Shown here: in pieces, positions 29,693-42,429 of the stretch
Layout of the letters: each line of letters begins with the position of its first letter
Numbering within the stretch: position 1 is the stretch's first letter
NCBI GenBank assembly: GCA_040357565.1
Contig: JBDODJ010000028.1
Length of the DNA stretch: 64,000 bases
Strand: one strand, 5' to 3'
DNA from: Cercozoa sp. M6MM
Lineage: Eukaryota; Protista; Endomyxa: Ascetosporea
Program-made: the position numbers and the translations under genes
Notes under the pieces: model-generated
What the model was told of the DNA's origin: nothing
The model's input: the letters and a program-made list of their open reading frames with translations, nothing else
The model's database searches: none

Positions 29693-31428
29693 TCAAGAAT
29701 CGATGGCAGTGTCCAACCCAAGAGCCGATTTTAGAGCGTTGCTTGAGTCCATATCAATTGTGTGTGTCGCTGGAGAGTTCGATCCTGGGGGCAGTGAGTG
29801 CGATTTCCGCAAGGCAATTTGCTCAAACTGTGTGTTAAGGTTGTCGCCTTCTGATAGTTCTCCCACAAACTGCTCCGAATCACCGGAAAAACTGCGATTG
29901 TCTCCAGCCCGCACATCCTTCAACTCAAGCATACGACAGAAGGGATCTTCGCGAAGGTCTCTTGCTTTGTCGATTGAGTCGGCTGATTGCATGCCGGGGA
30001 ATTAAATGAACAATATAGTGTCTCGTGTGGGGGGGGGGGGGGGAGGTACAGAAACTGGGAGGTTACCACGAACGAAAGATTGTTTTTCGAAAGCGTCCGA
30101 TTCGCGATGTACTGCGACGCCGACTGCAGAAGAATCTCCGCGAATGTTTGACGCACTAACGCGCATGCAATCTGCGAAACAACTTATATCCCTCAGCGAG
30201 TGTCTGTGTGCGTTTTAACACTCGGCAACTTCTCAACCAAATTGCATGTACCGGTCTTTAGAGGTGCTATCTTTGAGGAAACCAGCATGTCATAAGCGAC
30301 AACTGAGCGTCGAACAAGCTGCCACAACTTGCTTCCTTCGTCGGCCGATTTTTGGTGTTGCCGTACGGTGTGGAGTAAGGACTGCAGCTCTTTGTCGCCC
30401 TTTAGCAACGCAAGTGGCAACGCTGCGTTTTTTAGACCGAGAGCTTTCTCGTTGACGAGGCTGAACAAAAGACGAGCGTGATCTGCGACGGCCATTTCCT
30501 GGAGGGAATTGGAGGGAAAATGCAAATTTGCAACATTCCAGTAAATTTACCCGAGCTCCCGTTGGACAGAAATCAGGTAAATGCTCAGGTCGTTTGCAAT
30601 AGGTTTCTCCTTGCAGCAAACGAATATGCGACAACGAAGAACTGGATTCTGACAGCTCAAAATGCGCACCGTGTTTCAAAGCATCGGCGTAAGCCTCAGC
30701 AAAAACAGGTTCGCCATCTGGGAACTGTGAACTTTCCGTCTCTGTCAGCAGGCGCAAGCATGCCCTTCCCTTTTGTATGACAACGTTGACTGCGAAGCGC
30801 ATTTCTTCCGACAGTGTCACATTCCCGGGACTGTCATTCTCTGCGACAGGATGCCGCAGCGCTATAGATTGCAGAACAGACGGAAAGCGAGGTTCTTTCT
30901 GCAGGCACAGCACGAACGGCGGAGCGTTCACAACAGTAATGCGCAACAAGTCCAGCGTGTTTTCAATGACATCCCTGTTGCGATTCGGTCGAAAGTGCAA
31001 AATGCCAGAGCGATAGGAATTCCCGGTTCGTACCATTTTTTTGAGTTCAGTTTCTTTCGCATGAGATGACCACATTGAGTCGGTGCCCTGGTGTAAAAAC
31101 AGTTTTCAAAAGGGCATCGCAGTTGTTACACACTGGGTATATCGAGAGTAAACACCAACTAACACACACACTTTCGATCTTGCTTTGTGAGTTTCAGCTC
31201 GGTTAAACAAGTGACGAAGCAGTTCGGCAACTACATTTAGATGAACATGCTTCACAGTAACGTACGCTGTAAAGCTAAACTATGGGTCTAGTAAACACTA
31301 CCATCAAGTGAGGCGGTATGACGAACAGAATAGTCACAGGAAGTTGTTGCTTGCTCCACCAGGCGGGTGAGCTCTTCGTTCACAGACCCGGTTTCGACGC
31401 CCTCACGGAGGCCATGGGTTTTAGGCAT
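29693..31428 (-). CDS. Hypothetical helical protein, multi-exon
   Basis: MPKTHGLREGVETGSVNEELTRLVEQATTS...; long open exons at about 30290-31075 and 29693-30500; ends ...GLDTAIDS*. Confidence 0.5.
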
Positions 31429-31714
31429 GTGCTTTTAGGTTAATTGCTGGCCTGTAAGGGCACCAGGTGTAAAATAGTCAGAACTGAGTCAATGTCGGAC
31501 GACAAGTATGATGATGACCCCTGTTCTCCGCGCGGGCTCAGGCTAACATTCAACTCGAGGAACATATGAACTAAAAGCACGTCCAAAATTGGGCGGTAAT
31601 TACCACAATTTGGCTGGTAATTACCAAACACTGTTTCTCGAGGCATCGGCGCAGCCCAGTGTAAACTTACAGTCTCGTATCGTATCGTGTATCGCATAGT
31701 CGAGCGAAAAGTCG

Positions 31715-31968
31715 GTCAACTGACGGTCAATTGACAGTCAAGTGAGACTCAAGTGATTGCGCTGGGTGATAGTCAAGTTAGGGTCAGGTGAGGGTCAATT
31801 GGGTCGTTTGGCGACAACCTGGGGTGCTCAATTGAAGGTCAATTGAGTGTCAGTTGAGGATCTCTTGATAGTCAGATTAATCAAGAGTCAATCAGTTAAG
31901 AGAGTCAGTTGAGAGTCAGTTGAGAGTCGGTTGAGAGCCAGGCGAGAGTCAATTGAATTCCAGTTGAA
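31715..31968. repeat. Degenerate 11-bp minisatellite (consensus GTCARTTGAGA), about 20 units
   Basis: gtcaactgacg gtcaattgaca gtcaagtgaga ... gtcaattgagt gtcagttgagg ... gtcagttgaga gtcagttgaga gtcggttgaga gccaggcgaga gtcaattgaat. Confidence 0.85.
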
Positions 31969-34482
31969 AACATTATTGCAACGCTCGAGGCGCAGATGAC
32001 TGTCAATTCGACAAATGGTAGCTAGAGAAGATTCGGTTGTCTCGTCATAGAAGACTTGCTGTCGTGTCAGTCGAGAGAATTCACTGCTGTATACCAAAAC
32101 ACATTTCTGGCTTAGCTGAGTGCACTGGAGCTTCAAGACAATGGTCCGGTCAATGGATTAAAATCGGTCAATTGTTACGGCATCTGACTACCCGTCAGCG
32201 CGGACGATCAAATCTGAACCATTGTGGTTATGGAAGGATTTGTTTTGCTAGGGTTTCTCCTGCATTACACCCTGACTTCCTAGTTTAGGATAAGCTTTCT
32301 ACAGTTCACGCACTTTGACTGCAGGTACTCCTCTCCAGCTTCCTCTGCGGAGCTTTTTCGTCCTTTTGCGCGTGATAAGTTTTGCCGTGATAGTGCTTCC
32401 TTGGGGGTGATTTCATTGCCCTCAACGTCTTTCTAACTGACGCTATCACTTCCTTATTTAGTCGTCTTCAATACCTTAGTTACGGGTTTCCATACCGTAA
32501 CACAATTGATGGTCAGTTGACCGAAATCTCGCTCGGCTATGCATGCTATATCAGTTTATATATATATATATATATGATGTTACGCCCCAGCATTATTTGC
32601 CTTAGCCCTCGTAGACTTTCGCTTCGCTTACGCCGAGACCTCTTTGCTAGTGATGTTGTGCATGTCCGCGATGTCCAGCTGCATCGCGTCCTGACGGGCA
32701 GCGACGAAGGCATCGGCCTCTCTTCCGCGGCGACGACGTTGTTCTGTTGCGCGGTGCCAAGCGAGGCGTTCAGCCACCACAGAGCCCACTGTATTGTTTG
32801 ACACGTGACTAACTGAGAAATGAAATGAATCAGATTATAGAAATACCGGAAGCGAGCAGCAAAGACACTCGAACACACAGGTAAAAACGGCCTGCATTTC
32901 CCTGTCGTAATAATGAGTAATTCACTTCAGTTGATCCTGTAAATGTTCTTACAATTTTATATTACCTGTGTGCCGCTCTCGGACATAAACACCACATCCG
33001 ACACGAACGCGAGCTAATCAAAGCATCCACTAGGTAGCATCGCAGACAATAGTCCGATTTAACAGGTGCGCTTTACTGTGTGAACGAGCAGGGAACAGAA
33101 CGCGAAGACTCGGTGCCAATGCAAGAGGGTTTCCGTCCGAAGTTGTTGTGGATTCGTGTTGCTTACTAAAAACAAGCAATAAACCTTCTAAGTCCAACAA
33201 ATATCCCAAACCGCAGCACAGAGCTTGTCTTACACTTACTGTCGTCTGGCCATGACCAAGTGTAGCACAAGCATGTGAGAACAACAGCGCCGATAGAGCT
33301 ATAACGCAGAATAAACACAAAAGGTCAATACCCTGCCGAAATCTTTAACTTAAGTTTAAATATATACTTGGTGTAAATGTACCAATAGGCAGCGCCGGTT
33401 GTGCGTTGCATAAGCTGCAATTGCTTCTTCCTGCATAATGACATTGATGCTAAAGCAGCATACGGGGAACGTTGTGTATAATCAAATGCAACTCGCAGCG
33501 TACCCATCGTGATCAAGTGCCAGCAAGCTGTCCAAGTTCGTCGGACCTGGAAAGAAAAAGTCCGCTTTGTGAGAGACTAACAGAACTCCTGCGGCAGTGT
33601 AGAAGAGCGCCGTCCCCGTCAGCGACAGCCGAAGCCTTTAAATCAGAAAGTCACAGGATGCACACTAGCTTAAAGATATGCGTGTCTTTCACTGCAAACC
33701 AGAAACAGCAGAGTCGCCAGACGACGTCACGCGAGCTACCGCTCGCTTGCGTTCCCTTAAAAAAGTCTCACTCCCAAATTCAGCAGTTGACTTAAAATTC
33801 ACCCTTATTAAGTTTACCGCGACCTCAGTGTGTAGATTCTGCAAGAATCTCATAGTACTGCGACGCCGATTGGAATCTTGTACAGCAGGCTGAGCAACTG
33901 TAGACTGGCAATCACGACGGATGGCATTCGTAAACAGTAGGTAAACTTAAATTCAAAGTCGTTGGATACCGTAGTTGTGGTTGCTTCTTTGGGAGTCGGA
34001 GTCGGTGTGAGTGGTTTTTCGAATTCTACCTCAACCTGCACTTGATGTGTCAATCGACTTCTATCGCCCCCCGACGACACAGCAGGGGCAGGCATTGGGC
34101 TTTTTGGTTTGAACCGTCGCTGAAATCTCGGAGGAGGCCATGCGCACTGCTCAGCAAGTCCAAGCTTCACCTTTACGAGGAGACAGCATCAAAGTTTACG
34201 TTACCACCGTATTGTCGGAGAGACACTCTTCAAGCAAGGGCGACTGCTCGACCATTTTGATGGGCGGTGAGGCTGGGCTGGAGGTATCCATGGTGACTGC
34301 TCGTACTGTAGGAAACAACGCCAACTTCAATACTTCAATTAACCCGTCCGGACCCCGTCGTTAGCAGATCAGAGAAAATCGCCAAACCGTCGATACCGAC
34401 CTGAGATGAAATCTTCTTGCAAGTTGGCGTGCCGCTCTGGGTACTTTTTGCAGCTCATTTCACTGGCAGCTGGGCTTGCCAT
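31888..34482 (-). CDS. Hypothetical low-complexity protein, multi-exon; 3' end uncertain
   Basis: Exons MASPAASEMSCKKYPERH..., DTSSPASPPIKMVEQSPLLEE, WPPPRFQRRFKPKSP and AERLAWHRATEQRRRRGREADAFVAARQDAM, with GT-AG boundaries. Confidence 0.4.
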
Positions 34483-34914
34483 TTTTAACGACTAAATTTA
34501 GCGATAGGCTGTACCGTTCGCGTCATTGACAAAACGTAAAACAAAAACAAGTAAAACTTAGAGTTGCAAGGAATTGGGAATCGTGTCTGAACAAGATTGT
34601 TGGAACGGAAGCAACTCACTCTTTGTCTATCACAAGAAACAAGCCGCTAGTATTGGCCGCGTTGTAAACGGGCGGTACTTACAACTCCTGTCTCTCCGAG
34701 CGCTCGCCCCATAAAAGGTACGAAAACAGCACTCTTCCGAGCACTCACCATCCGACAGGCGAGCATCCATTAAAATTACTCGACAGCATCCGTTTAATCT
34801 ACAGCAACCATCAAATGTCCTGACTGGCCGGCAGGCACAACTCTTGCAGAGTCAGGAGTACTGTTTCGTGCACTGATGCGGAGACCCAGCCACTTACCGA
34901 CGGCATAGCCGCAT

Positions 34915-37321
34915 TTAACCAAACAACGGGTCGTCTTCGTCACCAAAGAGCTCATCGAAGCGAGTCTTCTTAGACTCTGCCGACTGACGGATGGCATTTT
35001 GGTTCCGCTTGGGAACTGCGCGATCGCCAAAGAGGTCGTCGTCGTCGTCGAACAAGCTGTCAATCTTGTTCTTCGACTTGCCGGTGGGTTTGGCCGCGGC
35101 GAACAAGTCGTCATCGTCCGCAAACAAATCGATTTTCTTAGACTACTCGGAAAAACAATCAAGCTGATACAGGTCAAGGAAAGGAAAGCAGTACCGAAGT
35201 ATCAGCGACAGTTGTCTTCTTGTTCCCCTTTTTGTTTTGAGTCTACTCGCAAAATTAAAACAGACGCACTTATAGACATTAGCAGCACTATTCGAAAGAA
35301 ACATAGACGCAGTGACACAGAAGCAGCAGTACCAAGCCGAAAAGCTCGTCATCGTCATCACCAAAGAGATCAAAGGTCTTCTCGGCGGCATCGGTTTTCG
35401 TCGGGACGACGTTCTCGATGTGCTGCTGCAACGGCGCGTCGAACAAGAAGGCACTCGTGGCAGTCACCTCGTGAGTCGACCTGGAAGCAACAGGAGGCGT
35501 CAACAACGTTTCACCCTCGCCTTCCTCCTCTTGATCGGTCCTGTTGGATGGCGTATCATGCTCTGGTTCGGACTTGCCGGAAGACACGAGTTTCTCCTCG
35601 TTCTCCTCGATCTTGACGGGCAAGACCTCCGACTCCCGCGGTTCCAGCTCCTCATCCTCCTCTATCAACACTGCGGAGTGTGCGACGTCAGCGTCCTCCT
35701 TGCTGCGCTCGGTGTTCTTGACACTGAGCACAGGCGAGGCTTTATCGCGTGATGCAGTGTCAACTTCGATCGGCGCTTCATCTGCTGCTCACACTCGATT
35801 AATAAAAAAGTTCAAGCAGAAACAAAACAGCGGCGGTACCTTGCTCGGTGTCAACGGCAGTCAAATCGACAGCCACAGCAACAGCAGGCTCAACACACTC
35901 AACCTGGTCAAGCAGTTCAACCGGCGTTTTGTCTTGCGACTGTTCGACCGGGATCTCTTCCTGTGACTGTTCCTGCGGCAATTCCTGTGGCTGTGACTGC
36001 TGCGACTCTAGCTGTTCCGTGACAACGACTGGTTGTTCCACAGCAGGTTCCTGTGGCTGAGGCTGAGGCTGTGACTGCTGTTCTGACGTCGTCTGCTCCG
36101 TCGACGCAGGTAGAGTCGGCTTCTTGCGACGCGACATGGGCCGCCGGCGTCTTCGCTTCATGATCGGACGATCCAGCGACGCGTGCGTCAGCTCAGGCGC
36201 CTTTTCAGAGACCTTGCCGTTGCGACTGTCATCACTCTGCTTGGACGGCATACCCATCGGCGACAACATCTTTGGAGAGAAACCTAGGAACACAACCCAA
36301 TCTTAAGGTCACACAAGACATGAGACTTGAGTCACCTTCGCCGATACGAGAGGCCAACTGCGACACACGACTGCCGGCGCGCGCTCTCTGAACACAAACA
36401 ACCGTCGTGTACGGTGCAAGTGGACAGGGGGGGGGGGGGGTACAGTAACAACAGGCGGGAGAGAAGCAGTCGCGCCAGTCTTAGGAGAGGCAGCCTTGGG
36501 AGAGGCAACCCTGGGAGAGGCCACTTTGGGGGATGCGACCCTTGGCGAGGCGACCTTGGATGAGGCCGCAATAGCCTCCGTCGGAACGAACACCGTCGGC
36601 ATGACCGACTGGGAGACCGCAGGTTCACTCTCAACATCAACAACAACCTCCTTCTTGGTCGAAACCTGTGACTCATACGTGCTACACAACGGAACCCCAG
36701 AGACACAAAAGGCAAAGGTACAGCAGCGAACAAGTCGTCATCATCGTCGCCAAACAGGTCGACCTTCTGGAGTAGGGATAGATAACATGGTCTTACAGAT
36801 GTAGTGTACAGCTTGGCACCTCTTGGGCAGACGTCTTCGGTGCCTTTGTCTCAGTCTTGGGCACCAACGCAGTCGGGCCGAACAAGTCGTCGTCCTCGAC
36901 AGTCTCACCGAACAGCGACTCTTTGTTTGTCGTTGCTGTGGCAGAAGCGCCACTCTTTGCCGCAGTCTTCTGCGAAACAAACACCCCAGTCAAACAAATG
37001 AAACCCCAAAACAAACACCTGTCAAAATCCATGCGATAATAACAGTACATCGTCATCATCGCCGAACAACGATTCCTTCTTCGGCTTGGTTGTCTAACGA
37101 GATATCAACATCTTGCGCGCGGAACAGCACATATGCAGCAAAGAAAAACGAACCTCTGGCAGAGGCATGAACAGCCGCACACCGCCAACTGGCTTCTTTT
37201 TCTTCTCTGGTTCTGGTGCAGAGTCGGCAGAACCAGAGTAGACAGGAGCAGGCTCGCTGGCCTGTGGTGCTTCTGAGGCGTCGTCAACCTGGAATAAACA
37301 CTCAACATGACCTCGCATACT

Positions 37322-37365
<44 letters not shown>

Positions 37366-39504
37366 GTCTGTACCTCAAGGACAGTGGCCACTTCCTCTAG
37401 CTTCGGTTCCGAACGAACCCGTGGTTCGCTCTGTTTACTCGCATTCGGCATTGGCATGAAGAGTTTCACCGAACCCGCAGGCGGCTTCTTAGGTGTCGCC
37501 TGGGGCACAGAAGTCTCCTCCCTCACATTTCCATTCACATCTTGTTCCTTCTTCTTCTCGGGTTGCTGCTGCACTGGCGCCTCAGACTCCGTCTTGGCAG
37601 CCTGCACACACAACAGCGTACTGGAAGGGAGGACGGGTGAACATACGGATCCTCTACTGGTGTGGGACGGAACAGGTCTTCCTCATCACTGTCAAGCTGC
37701 GCAAACAGATCGAACGAGTTGTCCTTCTTGTCCTTGTCGTCACCAAACAGCGACGTGTTGAACTGTCCACACACATACTCAGTGTATCTACAAAAACTAC
37801 GCTGGGACAAGAGAAAGGTACAGCTACAGCAGCAGTCGCAGTCGCCGCAGTGTCAGCAACGGCAGGCGCCGCGCGCGCAGTCTCGTCGGATGCCGACGGA
37901 ATCGTAATTTCTGGCAGGTCGAAATCGAACAAGTCGGCGTCCATATCCTATGACAATGGCAAAAAGAATACTGATAAATCGTGTGGGGGGGGGGGGGTAG
38001 CAACCTCATCCTCGAGTGCGAAGAAGTCGTCGTCCTTCTTATCGGTCTCTTCGACCGCTTGCGACTGCGACGCGTGTTTCGACCGCTTACGACGTCTCTT
38101 TTTCTTCTTCTGACTCTTGCTCTTCTGGCTCTTGCTCTTGTTTGGAGTGTCGGCCTTGGCTACGGCATCAGTCGACAATGCGCTCGGGGGTGCCGTGCCC
38201 AGCTTACGACTCAACTCAGCCTGAGGGCAACACACAAACATACATATGCACAGTCACACAGTCATAAGCACAGACACACAAAGATCACACATACAGCAAA
38301 GGCGTCACGTTGTGGAGCAGCGCGAGCAGTCGAGGCTTCGTCCTCCTCGACCTCGTCGTCGAGATCAGTGGAGTCAAGGTCCGAGTCGTCAGCACTTGAC
38401 GCCGAGAACACGTCGAGATCCTCGTCGTTGATACTGTTGTCGGCGCTGTTGGCTTCCTCGCTAGTGGCGGTATCGGCCTTCTCCTGACCATCAATTGGAG
38501 CATCGGCGTCCGCAGTCTGCACAACGCCGTTTTCTTCGACCAGTAGTGGTTCAGCGGCATCATCGATGGCCGTGTCTTTGACATCGATGTCGCCGTCTTC
38601 GGGCGAGGCCTCTTCCTCCGACTCCTAGACAGAGTGTATACCCGGTACACAAACACACACAGACACACAGACACACAGACACAGACACACAGACACACAC
38701 CTCATCGTCCGAGCAGAGACCGAGATTCGCGTCGTTCAGGAACTGCTCGGAGCTGATGACGGCCGGCAGCGGACGACTGTTCCATCTGCGCATACGGTGC
38801 AGAGTCAAGTGCACACCAACAAGACAACACATGAGAGTACCGATCGCCTCCGAGGGACAATCCCTCAACCATGCAAGTGCCCTACGGCATTTGCACGATC
38901 ACAGTCAGGATACAGAGGTACTTGCAAGAACCGCATACCTCAACCGACGTATCAAACAACTCGAGCGCTTGCAGGCCGTAATCCACGGCAAGAGCAAAAC
39001 GCGTGAGCATGTCCTCGGCACTGTCGCCTTTAACAGCAATATCTTGGTTTCCGTCGCCGACATTGGCGTTGTCGATGGGCTCATCAGAGGAGGCGCTACC
39101 GTCGGCGCTCTGCTGCTGCGTCGGCGGCTCACCGGTCGCACTGACAGCGACGTCGTCTTCGAACACGCGGTGCTCCACGAACTGCTCGTCGCTCAGCAGC
39201 GCCACCTCGTTCTAGAGAGACCAAAAACAAAACAAACTCTCTTGTACCGATCAAAGACGAGAACAACACAATCACACACCATCACGCTGTGCACGCGCAC
39301 ACTCGTTGCAGCCGCCTCCCGTGCCGTACCCTCCACAAGGCGCTGCGTGGCTGCGGCACGCTGCAAGACAGAGTCGGCGAAGCTCTGCAGGCAGCGCAGC
39401 AGTCTCTCATCTGAAGCCAGGCTCCTGCGCGGCACAGGTCACATGCTCAGAGAGACAGGGACTGTTGTATACCACTCGTCCAGCTCGCTTCGCAGTTCCT
39501 CCAT
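34915..39504 (-). CDS. WASHC2: WASH complex subunit FAM21; start may extend to about 39670
   Basis: N-terminal SLASDERLLRCLQSFADSVLQR...LLSDEQFVEHRVFEDD and RPLPAVISSEQFLND..LGL; many LFa motifs (LFGDDDDE, LFDDDDDLFG, terminal LFGDEDDPLFG*); capping-protein interaction motif LTHASLDRPIMKRRRRRP. Confidence 0.9.
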
Positions 39505-40290
39505 GGCGGCGGACGCCCAACGTGAACCGAGAGGTTGCACAAGTGCTAACACTCTGCAGGCACACACCACAGCACTGCTTACTGCCAGATTTTACAGCGC
39601 TGTACAATACAGTGTACACATTTGTACTGGACAGAGCCGAGTTGTTTTTGATCAATAATTTTTCCATCATTCGTTTTTCATCATCATTCGTGTTGTTTGT
39701 TCTGTGATGATATATCCACTATCGCCAACACTACATGATTGTAAATGATCAGAAGGTAACGACAGTCGTTGGTGTTTCTGATGACAAGAAATTATCAAAC
39801 CCAACAGATCGATATTCTATATCAACTTGTCCTGGTTCCAAGGTTGTTTTAGCAGCTTCTTGGATCGTGACACAGCCTGCCTTGGGCAACCTCCTGTTGA
39901 TGGGGCGGACTGCCAAGGAACTACGGCAGTTGTCTTCCAGAAACCCCCGCGCGGTAGACGGTCTCAATCAAACAGAAACATCGGGTCCTTTGCCACCGTA
40001 CCGTCTTGGGTGACACTGGGGCTCGATCACACTTGATTATCCAGTGATCAGCTCTCATTCAGTGGTAGTTTTTGTATGCAAAACGCACCCCAAACGCTCA
40101 GCTTATCTTATCCCAAGTCAGTGTGAGCGCCCAACGTACGCAGCGCCTCTAGGTTCTTCCGAGTGCGACCACAGGCAGAAGCAATCAAGAACCGACCACA
40201 GCAGATTTGATTGAGCCGATAAACATCTGAAAGCTCCCAACACCTGCATCCCGCAAGCGCTGTTCTTATTCCACACGCGTTGTCACTAAA

Positions 40291-41779
40291 ATGGGTTTAA
40301 CCCTTTCCCGTGAAGAGCGGTAAGCTTACTCTGTGTGCAAGAGGGTTTCTGTTCGGTGCACACGCGTTTTGGTGACTGTTTTGCCGCCGCTTTTGTACAT
40401 GTGCATATGTTGTTGTGTGCAGAGAGCGCCGTCGACGTGAAAAGGTGTCGTGTGCTCGTTTTTTTTTTGTGTCGCTGTGTTTTCTGACTGGCCAGTTTTT
40501 CCCTCATCGAATTCTCTCGCTGTTTAATGTTTTTGCGTGTTCTGTTTGTTGATTTTTGCTTTACACGCTGTCGCACAGCGAATCTCCAAGGCCATCGAAA
40601 GCCAGAACAAGGCCGACTTGAATGCCGAGCGCTCGTTCAAGAAGTTCCTGCTGCTGGGCGCTGGCGAGTCCGGCAAGTCGACACTGTTCAAGCAAATGGT
40701 GCAGCTCTACGGCAAGGGCTACTCGGAGAACGACCGCAAGCTTGTCAAAAAGACAGTCTACGCCAACGTGATCGCCGCGATGACGACGCTGATCGAGCAG
40801 TGCGCTCTGCGCGAGTCTGAGGACGAGAAGTACAAGATTACGTCAGACGCTCTCGAGTACTTCAAGGAGAATGTGCAACAAGACACGGTCATTGACGACG
40901 AGGTGGCGGGCAAGATCCGGGACCTGTGGTCTGACCCTGCCATCAAGGCCATCTGGGAGGAGCGCAGCAAGATTCAAGTCATTGACTCTGCCGCCTACCT
41001 CTTTGATCGCATCGAGCAGATCGGCTCCGAGGACTACGTGCCCGATTACCAGGACATGCTGCGCATCCGCGTACGAACAACGGGCATCATGGAGACAGAG
41101 TTCGACGTGGACGGACGCAAGTTCCGCATCTTCGATGTCGGTGGCCAGCGTAACGAGCGCAAGAAGGTGCTACTTTTGCTTTTGCCCGCTGTTGCTTGTT
41201 TTTTTTGCTCCTCACGTCGTGTGTATTTTTTGGTTTTTGTGGTGTGCAGTGGATCCACTGCTTCGAGAATGTCACGGCAGTCATCTTCGTGGCAGCCTTG
41301 AGCGAGTACGACCAGGTACTGTTCGAGGACGACACGACGAACCGCATGAAGGAAGCCCTGCAACTGTTCGACGACATCTGCAATTCGCACTGGTTCCTCA
41401 AGACGTCGATCATTTTGTTCCTCAACAAGAACGACCTCTTCGTCGACAAGATCCAGAAGGTGCCCATTACAGTCTGTCCGGTGCTCAAGGACTTCCCGGG
41501 CGACGACCCGAACGACTATGACCAGGCGGTGAACCACATCCGCTCAGCGTTTGAGGCCAAGAATCAGTCGGAGACCAAGAAGGTGTACGCCCACATCACG
41601 ACGGTACTGCTCATTAGACCGTGTGTGTGCATGTGTGTGTGTGTGTTGGCTGGTTGGTCCTAACATCGCGCGTGTGTGTGGGTGTGTAGGCCACTGACGA
41701 ATCCAACATCGACCACGTATTCCGATCGGTGCGTGACATCGTGATCACGCAGTCTTTGGTGGCCGGTGGTCTCTACTAA
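40291..41779 (+). CDS. Heterotrimeric G-protein alpha subunit, 5 exons
   Basis: MGLTLS myristoylation motif, LLLGAGESGKSTLFKQM, RVRTTGI, DVGGQRNERKKWIHCFENV, FLNKND and TTATD; ends VAGGLY*. Confidence 0.97.
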
Positions 41780-42429
41780 GGCTGCTTACTGAGGCCGCCT
41801 TCTCCCGTCGTCCTCGTCCCATTCACACGTCGCAACATCCCCTACGGAAGCATGGCGTGCTTCACCGCGACGACAGGCGATGCATGTTGTTCCTCTTGTC
41901 GCACGGGCCCTGCGTATGCACGCTACCTCATGTTCCTACCGATCGCGTCTCGGCCCCGTTCTCTAGCGCAAGCGATCGATGCAGACTGCAATAAGTATTA
42001 ATATTATTATCAAGGTGACGATATGAATTGAATTTTGCTCAAGTTGGCGGAAGTCAAAGTTAAGCCGATGATATCTATCGTACTGTACCGGTAGGGGGCG
42101 ATTGTGCCGCATGGAGAGAAAGACGCCTGCAGGCCGTGAGATTAAGCCATCTCTCCGAAGAATGACTCCCGCGCTCCGCTTCGGCCTGCAGATCTGACGC
42201 CGCTTTCTTGACACCGACCTAGACTCTTGTGTCGAAATTGACTGAACTAACTAATCGTACTATGGCAAGGCAGATTGTTCCGTCACTGGCGGAGTCCGGC
42301 CCTCGCATCTTTATACCTTCTGACCGACACCAGCTCGACTCGGCCGGGCTTTGTGTACGTTCCTGTTCAGTGACACAGTCGGCCGTTTGGTTTGAATTCA
42401 GTGGGTTGAGTTGACACAGCGCAGTCAGG

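Noticed and set aside
31300-31428. UVSSA or VHS/ENTH-like N-terminus (LTRLVEQATTS)
   Set aside because: The similarity is limited to about ten residues, which is not enough for a call.
31715-31968. CRISPR-like array
   Set aside because: Units are 11 bp, contiguous and degenerate, with no unique spacers and no cas genes; the context is eukaryotic.
32340-32435. SART1/Snu66-like peptide KDVEGNEITPKEA
   Set aside because: The match is short, the flanking SART1 motifs are absent in frame, and another frame is equally plausible.
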